Shown here piece after piece: positions 59,576-64,000 of a DNA stretch of 64,000 bases. Position 1 is the stretch's first letter, and each line of letters starts with the position of its first letter. The translations under genes and the position numbers were made by a program. Source of the DNA: a virus (Duplodnaviria > Caudoviricetes); IMG/VR virus record IMGVR_UViG_3300022848_000005. One strand, written 5' to 3'. The notes under the pieces are model-generated. The model was not told where the DNA came from. It was given only the letters and a program-made list of their open reading frames with translations, and made no database searches.

Positions 59576-59854
59576 ATGAATATGTTTAAATATCCAGTCA
59601 CTTTAACGAAAGATGGCGACACCATCTTGGCGACATTTCGGGATGTTCCAGAAGCCATTACTTTTGGTGCTGATAAAGAAGAGGCGTTACTCAATGCCGT
59701 TGATGCTTTAGAGGCTGGGTTATCTTTTTACGTTGAGGCGAATAAAACTCTACCCGTACCGAGCAAGGTCAAGCGCAACGAGGTGACGGTGTGCCCATCC
59801 GCTTTAGCGTGTGCAAAATTGGGTGTATACCAAGCCATGACTGCGGATAGATAG
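59576..59854 (+). CDS. hicB: HicB antitoxin, N-terminal domain only
   Basis: KYPVTLT...FRDVPEAITFG..KEEAL.NA.DAL; ends where the HTH normally starts. Confidence 0.8.
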   Translation: MNMFKYPVTLTKDGDTILATFRDVPEAITFGADKEEALLNAVDALEAGLSFYVEANKTLPVPSKVKRNEVTVCPSALACAKLGVYQAMTADR

Positions 59855-59955
59855 CGGTCTGGTGCTCAATACAATTTAAGACCAGGAGAAGCTAGGGCAA
59901 TCGAGAAGCACTTAAATACCTAGACTAAAAATTATTAACCTTACTAAGTATTATT

Positions 59956-60267
59956 ATGCAGATATTATACAAAAAAGAACTAGAGCAATTGCTGGATAAA
60001 ATTGCTACAGGAAAAACTGACGTTAACCGGCTCCAAGAGGACGAACTAGAGGAGTTGATGGACTACATTCACGAGCGAGCTGAGGAGTTGGATGATCCTG
60101 ACTATGACGAGTTTAAGCAACAGTTACTCCAGTTGTTTGACCTGCTCGGACATGTTATTGATAACAGGATTGAAGCGGAAGATAATGAAAAGTTTATAGA
60201 CTCTATACGAGGAAGTATACAAAGAGGCAATTTTTACTTTGAATTGGGCAGTTTTATAGTGCATTAA
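59956..60267 (+). CDS. Acidic hypothetical protein
   Basis: 103-aa ORF. Confidence 0.55.
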   Translation: MQILYKKELEQLLDKIATGKTDVNRLQEDELEELMDYIHERAEELDDPDYDEFKQQLLQLFDLLGHVIDNRIEAEDNEKFIDSIRGSIQRGNFYFELGSFIVH

Positions 60268-60453
60268 CTTCCCGATATGGAACAACTCTTAGAGTCTGGT
60301 CACAAAAAACAAAAACTAAGAGCCCACTCATTCACTTTCCGGGTAGGATAGCAGTCTGAGTGGGCTCTTAGTTTTCTAGATAACTTTGACGTCATGTGCG
60401 AAGCCAAATCAAAGAACTTGGCTAGTGCAAAACTAGCCAAACAAATTGCTTAG
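60268..60453 (+). pseudogene. uvsE: 3' remnant of a second uvsE allele
   Basis: LPDMEQLLESGHKKQKLRAHS...EWALSFLDNFDVMCEAKSKNLAS aligns with the C-terminus of 58129-59244. Confidence 0.8.
60312..60375. repeat. Perfect 19-bp inverted repeat around a 26-nt spacer
   Basis: aaaactaagagcccactca / tgagtgggctcttagtttt. Confidence 0.92.
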
Positions 60454-60454
60454 C

Positions 60455-60673
60455 CTAAGACTTTTTAGTAGTTGTCTTCTTTTTTGTTGATGTGGCCTTC
60501 TTCTTAGCAGGCGACTTTTTTGTTGTTGTGGCCTTCTTCTTAGCTGGTGCATTGTCAGCAAGAGGGAACGTTGTTCCCTTAGGGAACGGCCAAGCGGCTG
60601 GTTCTTTAACTTCAGGGTTGTTGTTTCCAAATAACCAGTTAATTAATTTTGACAGCATGTTATCGATCTCCAT
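60455..60673 (-). CDS. Small K/A/T-rich histone-H1-like basic protein
   Basis: AKKKATTTKKSPAKKKATSTKKK. Confidence 0.6.
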   Translation of the reverse strand: MEIDNMLSKLINWLFGNNNPEVKEPAAWPFPKGTTFPLADNAPAKKKATTTKKSPAKKKATSTKKKTTTKKS

Positions 60674-60703
60674 TGTATAATATACATATATTTATATTAG
60701 GTA

Positions 60704-60732
60704 TTGACAAACGAACAGAAAGGCCCTATAAT
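60704..60732 (+). promoter_or_regulatory. sigma70-type promoter
   Basis: TTGACA(60704)-17 bp-TATAAT(60727). Confidence 0.75.
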
Positions 60733-60761
60733 AACACTATTAATAACGATATAGGATTGAT

Positions 60762-61097
60762 ATGAAGCAATTTATTATGATTTTTACTATGTTGGGTATT
60801 ACTGGATGTGCGGGCCTAAACACGCACTCTAAGCCAGATATTGAATATGTTAGGAACTTTAAAATAGATTGCAGTCAAGCACATGCGCAGTACCAGTATA
60901 TTGACAGTTTAACACCCACGCATTGGGAAAAACAAAGTGCTAAGATTATTACCTCATCAGTAACTGGTAGTATTGGTGGTGCTATTTCTGGTGATCATAG
61001 AAACAGGGCACATATTAGTTCTGGAGTATACGAAGCAAACATCAGTATGATTAAACATGATATTAGAAGTCAATGTGGATATAAGGATTATACATGA
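60762..61097 (+). CDS. Lipoprotein
   Basis: Lipobox ITGC. Confidence 0.6.
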   Translation: MKQFIMIFTMLGITGCAGLNTHSKPDIEYVRNFKIDCSQAHAQYQYIDSLTPTHWEKQSAKIITSSVTGSIGGAISGDHRNRAHISSGVYEANISMIKHDIRSQCGYKDYT

Positions 61098-61375
61098 AAT
61101 ATTTCGCAATATTTTCAATGCTGTTTTTAACTGCATGTGGATCTGTATACAAGGCACCATTACATCAGGTTGAGAGAATGTATGTGGACTGTGCCAATAA
61201 GGAACAACAGGAGCGATACCTAGAAAGTTTATTAACGAAACAACATGACGATGGTATTGAATACTGGAACGACTGGTTGTTAAATTTAAACTCTGAGGAA
61301 AGACATCAAGACGAGGCGTTATATCGTAACCGTGTTAGATCATTACTGTGGGAGGTTAGATCAACATGCGGTTAA
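61094..61375 (+). CDS. Lipoprotein
   Basis: Lipobox LTAC. Confidence 0.6.
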   Translation: MKYFAIFSMLFLTACGSVYKAPLHQVERMYVDCANKEQQERYLESLLTKQHDDGIEYWNDWLLNLNSEERHQDEALYRNRVRSLLWEVRSTCG

Positions 61376-61920
61376 TTACTCTACTATTAATTGTTCCTGG
61401 TTTAGTGTTTGCTGAATGCAGGGTCGTGCAAAACAATCACAGTAACGCAGTAGGCACGATTAATCAGATCAGAAACATACAATCACAAGTACTGGAGTTT
61501 AGAAATAAAACCAGACAGTGCGAAGTTACATTTGAAGGCAACATTGCTAATGGCTGGCACATTGGGTCTGGAGTGTACAAATGGCGTAATGACATGCCAG
61601 ATGATGTAGCGTGTGGCAATGCATTTGAGCTCGCCAAAGGTAACTTAATTAAAACAGTGGGTAAGATGCAGATTAGTTCTGAGACTTCATTAATCTGTGA
61701 TGAGAGCAACGACCCTGCACTTAAAGTATTAACACCAGGACAAGTTCTCGCATATGGTCAATGGAGACCACATCCCAAAAAGCCACAAGTGTTTTGGTAT
61801 CAAGGCACAAGTTGCATGTGGTTTGTGGAAACCAATCTAGCAGGCAACAGTATGCGGCAATGGGAAGGTATTGTATGTGAAGCCAACGACAACAACTGGG
61901 TTGTGGTTGACAAATTTTAA
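61366..61920 (+). CDS. Secreted Cys-rich protein
   Basis: Signal peptide (VFA-E); six Cys. Confidence 0.6.
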   Translation: MRLITLLLIVPGLVFAECRVVQNNHSNAVGTINQIRNIQSQVLEFRNKTRQCEVTFEGNIANGWHIGSGVYKWRNDMPDDVACGNAFELAKGNLIKTVGKMQISSETSLICDESNDPALKVLTPGQVLAYGQWRPHPKKPQVFWYQGTSCMWFVETNLAGNSMRQWEGIVCEANDNNWVVVDKF

Positions 61921-61965
61921 AAGTGATGTTAATGTATGTTATATTATTTGCGTAGGAGGTATAAT

Positions 61966-62130
61966 ATGAAAGGTTTTATCGTAGGAGTAATACTAACACT
62001 AGCGGTAGTGTTTCCAGACAAAACCAAAGATGTGTTTACTTGGTCAGTAGAAGCAATGGAAAACGTTATTGCTGGCAGTGAAACAACTTTAGATACAGTT
62101 AGTAGTTCAATAGAAGAGAGGACATTATGA
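61966..62130 (+). CDS. Small membrane protein
   Basis: SD aggagg; hydrophobic N-terminus. Confidence 0.5.
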   Translation: MKGFIVGVILTLAVVFPDKTKDVFTWSVEAMENVIAGSETTLDTVSSSIEERTL

Positions 62131-62681
62131 AAACCCTTGTGATTGCGTTGACAGCACTGTCCTTAGTGGCGTGCAACTCAACAGGCAAGTATGCTAAGAT
62201 TGAGCAGAAAAAGTTTGAGCAAGACGCCAAGTATGCAGAGAAGGCACTGGATAAAATGCCAAAATGGATGACTGAGATGCCAGAAGATCAAGCCGCAGTA
62301 TATGCAAACGGAACGGCAACCAGCTTTGACATCAATATGGCAGATACGAAAGCCATGGTAATGGCACTAGGCAAAATCTGTATTAGTGCAGGTGGCACAG
62401 TAGACGAGCGTTCCAGGGTCTTTATGCAGGATACTCCTGATGGCACAATAGAACGCAGTGAGTTAGCAATTCAGAGTGTATGTGATACCGTTGATGTTAG
62501 TGGGGCAGAGATTGCCGACATTAAACGTATAACACAAGGCACAAAGTATAGAACATATGTGCTAATGGTGTTGCCTTTTGGTAATGCTAATTATCTAGCA
62601 ACCAAGCGAAGAACCGCACAAAATCAAGCACTAGCAGAAGAACGTATGGAAGATGTATTTGAAGAAATGGAGTCTAATTAA
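62127..62681 (+). CDS. Lipoprotein (LPP20-like)
   Basis: Lipobox LVAC; MPKWM...VYANGTATS. Confidence 0.6.
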   Translation: MKTLVIALTALSLVACNSTGKYAKIEQKKFEQDAKYAEKALDKMPKWMTEMPEDQAAVYANGTATSFDINMADTKAMVMALGKICISAGGTVDERSRVFMQDTPDGTIERSELAIQSVCDTVDVSGAEIADIKRITQGTKYRTYVLMVLPFGNANYLATKRRTAQNQALAEERMEDVFEEMESN

Positions 62682-63304
62682 TGCCAAATTTAGTACCAAT
62701 AGTTATTGAGCAAACTAGTAAAGGTGAACGCAGTTTTGACATCTACTCTAGATTACTTAAAGACAGAGTTGTGATACTGGACACAGAAGTATCGAGTCAC
62801 TCAGCAAGTTTGATTGTGGCTCAACTACTGTATCTAGAGTCTGAAGATCCAGGGCAAGACATCTTGCTCTATATTAACAGTCCAGGAGGACTTGTGTCAG
62901 CAGGCTTATCTATATATGATACCATGCAGTACATCAAACCAGATGTATCTACTATTGTATTAGGACAAGCCGCAAGTATGGGATCGTTCCTAGCAATGGC
63001 TGGTGCTGAAGGCAAGCGTATGGTATTACCAGAAGCTCGCACAATGATACACAGAGTGTCGTCTGGCACTCCAGGAACTAAAGGCAGTGTGCATGTACAG
63101 GCACTAGAGTTTGAGGATGCTAAACGTTCATTTGAAGAAAGTCAACACATTAACAAGCGTCTAACAGAACTCTACGTTAGACACAACACCGCTGGCAAAT
63201 CGTATAAGGATCTGTATGAAGCAATGAAGTTTGATACATATCTATCAGCTGAAGAAGCAGTCGATTATGGACTGGCAGATACAGTTATTACAAACAGAGA
63301 ATAA
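62681..63304 (+). CDS. clpP: ATP-dependent Clp protease proteolytic subunit ClpP
   Basis: [36 protein letters not shown] (Ser), MIH (His), DTYLSAEEA. Confidence 0.95.
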   Translation: MPNLVPIVIEQTSKGERSFDIYSRLLKDRVVILDTEVSSHSASLIVAQLLYLESEDPGQDILLYINSPGGLVSAGLSIYDTMQYIKPDVSTIVLGQAASMGSFLAMAGAEGKRMVLPEARTMIHRVSSGTPGTKGSVHVQALEFEDAKRSFEESQHINKRLTELYVRHNTAGKSYKDLYEAMKFDTYLSAEEAVDYGLADTVITNRE

Positions 63305-63348
63305 GCGCAATACCGCTGTCCAAATAAATACACTATTAAGGACAGCAA

Positions 63349-64000
63349 ATGCAGTTATTTGAATTACGTAAAGGTCAACCCGAAGTCTATGTAGACATGG
63401 ATGGCGTGTTGGCCGACTTTTTTGGCGCACTTAGCCAACAACACCAAGTTGATCATTGGACGGATATACCAGACAGTGACGATACTGTAGTTAAAAGTGC
63501 AAACCAAAAAGGTTTCTTTGAGAACTTACCAAAACTGCCCAATGCAGACAGTTTAATCGATAGTGTTGTTGCCATGGTGGGCACATACAACATTCTCAGC
63601 AGTCCTCTTCAAAGTAACAAAGAACAAAGTGCTAGTGAAAAGTCTGCTTGGATAGACAGGAATATAAACCCTAAGCCAGCACAACGTATATTTGACCATA
63701 ACAAATACAAGTATGCCACACAATCAGATGGCACACCTAACATATTAATAGACGATTATCCCTACAATATTAAACTCTGGCAGTCTAGAGGAGGTATAGG
63801 TATACAGTACAAGGATAGATGGTCCGCAGACGTCATTAAAGAGCTAGAAACAGCCTTAAAGAACGTTAAACAAGCAGAAATAAGCGAAGAATTTGAAATT
63901 ACAGTACCAGTCAACGATGCACTATACACTAACAAAGATGTGTTAAAATACGTAAAAGACACACATCACAAGTATAATTTACCCGAGCCAATATTAAAAC
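63349..64000 (+). CDS. HAD-family 5'(3')-deoxyribonucleotidase, truncated by the window end
   Basis: Not in the ORF track; open to the window end; VYVDMDGVLADF, ILSSP, LIDD. Confidence 0.8.
   Translation, partial: MQLFELRKGQPEVYVDMDGVLADFFGALSQQHQVDHWTDIPDSDDTVVKSANQKGFFENLPKLPNADSLIDSVVAMVGTYNILSSPLQSNKEQSASEKSAWIDRNINPKPAQRIFDHNKYKYATQSDGTPNILIDDYPYNIKLWQSRGGIGIQYKDRWSADVIKELETALKNVKQAEISEEFEITVPVNDALYTNKDVLKYVKDTHHKYNLPEPILK

Noticed and set aside
1-64000. Stop-codon reassignment, prompted by TGA at an apparent Trp position (20950)
   Set aside because: TGA, TAG and TAA all end normal-length conserved genes here (for example nrdB TGA, clpX TAA, exonuclease 34453 TAA, the 11079 gene TAG), and long genes are unbroken in code 11.
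1-64000. tRNA, rRNA or CRISPR array
   Set aside because: By eye I found no T-loop/cloverleaf pattern, no rRNA-like tract and no regularly spaced repeat-spacer series. tRNAscan-SE or Aragorn would be needed to exclude tRNAs formally.

Overview
This window is an AT-rich, gene-dense, mostly plus-strand segment of a large (jumbo-type) tailed phage genome. PAAR and tail-fibre genes and a recurrent T4-late-like TAAATA motif point to a myovirus; a proteobacterial host is an inference. It contains: (1) replication genes (a 189-aa DnaE/Pol III-alpha-like core, primase, DnaB-type helicase, PD-(D/E)XK nuclease, 3'-5' exonuclease, NrdA/NrdB/glutaredoxin, HAD nucleotidase); (2) virion genes and three adjacent nucleotidyltransferases of three different folds; (3) a host-like proteostasis and translation set (ClpX, ClpS, ClpP, small HSP behind a ROSE-like RNA thermometer, ribosomal protein S21, ArfA-like peptide); (4) a candidate surface-signalling module (CsgF, CsgG, two curlin-repeat proteins, a FecR-domain protein, a CHASE2 adenylate cyclase and two small membrane paralogs); (5) modification and glycan enzymes (three radical SAM proteins, UDP-glucose dehydrogenase, amidinotransferase, 2OG-Fe oxygenases, QueD, IscA); and (6) a mosaic uvsE locus with a NUMOD3 remnant, Sel1 and HicB fragments and a second uvsE 3' remnant carrying a hairpin micro-inversion. 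Two pseudogenes are visible. I saw no rRNA, tRNA or CRISPR array. All family assignments come from motif recognition by eye, not from database searches.
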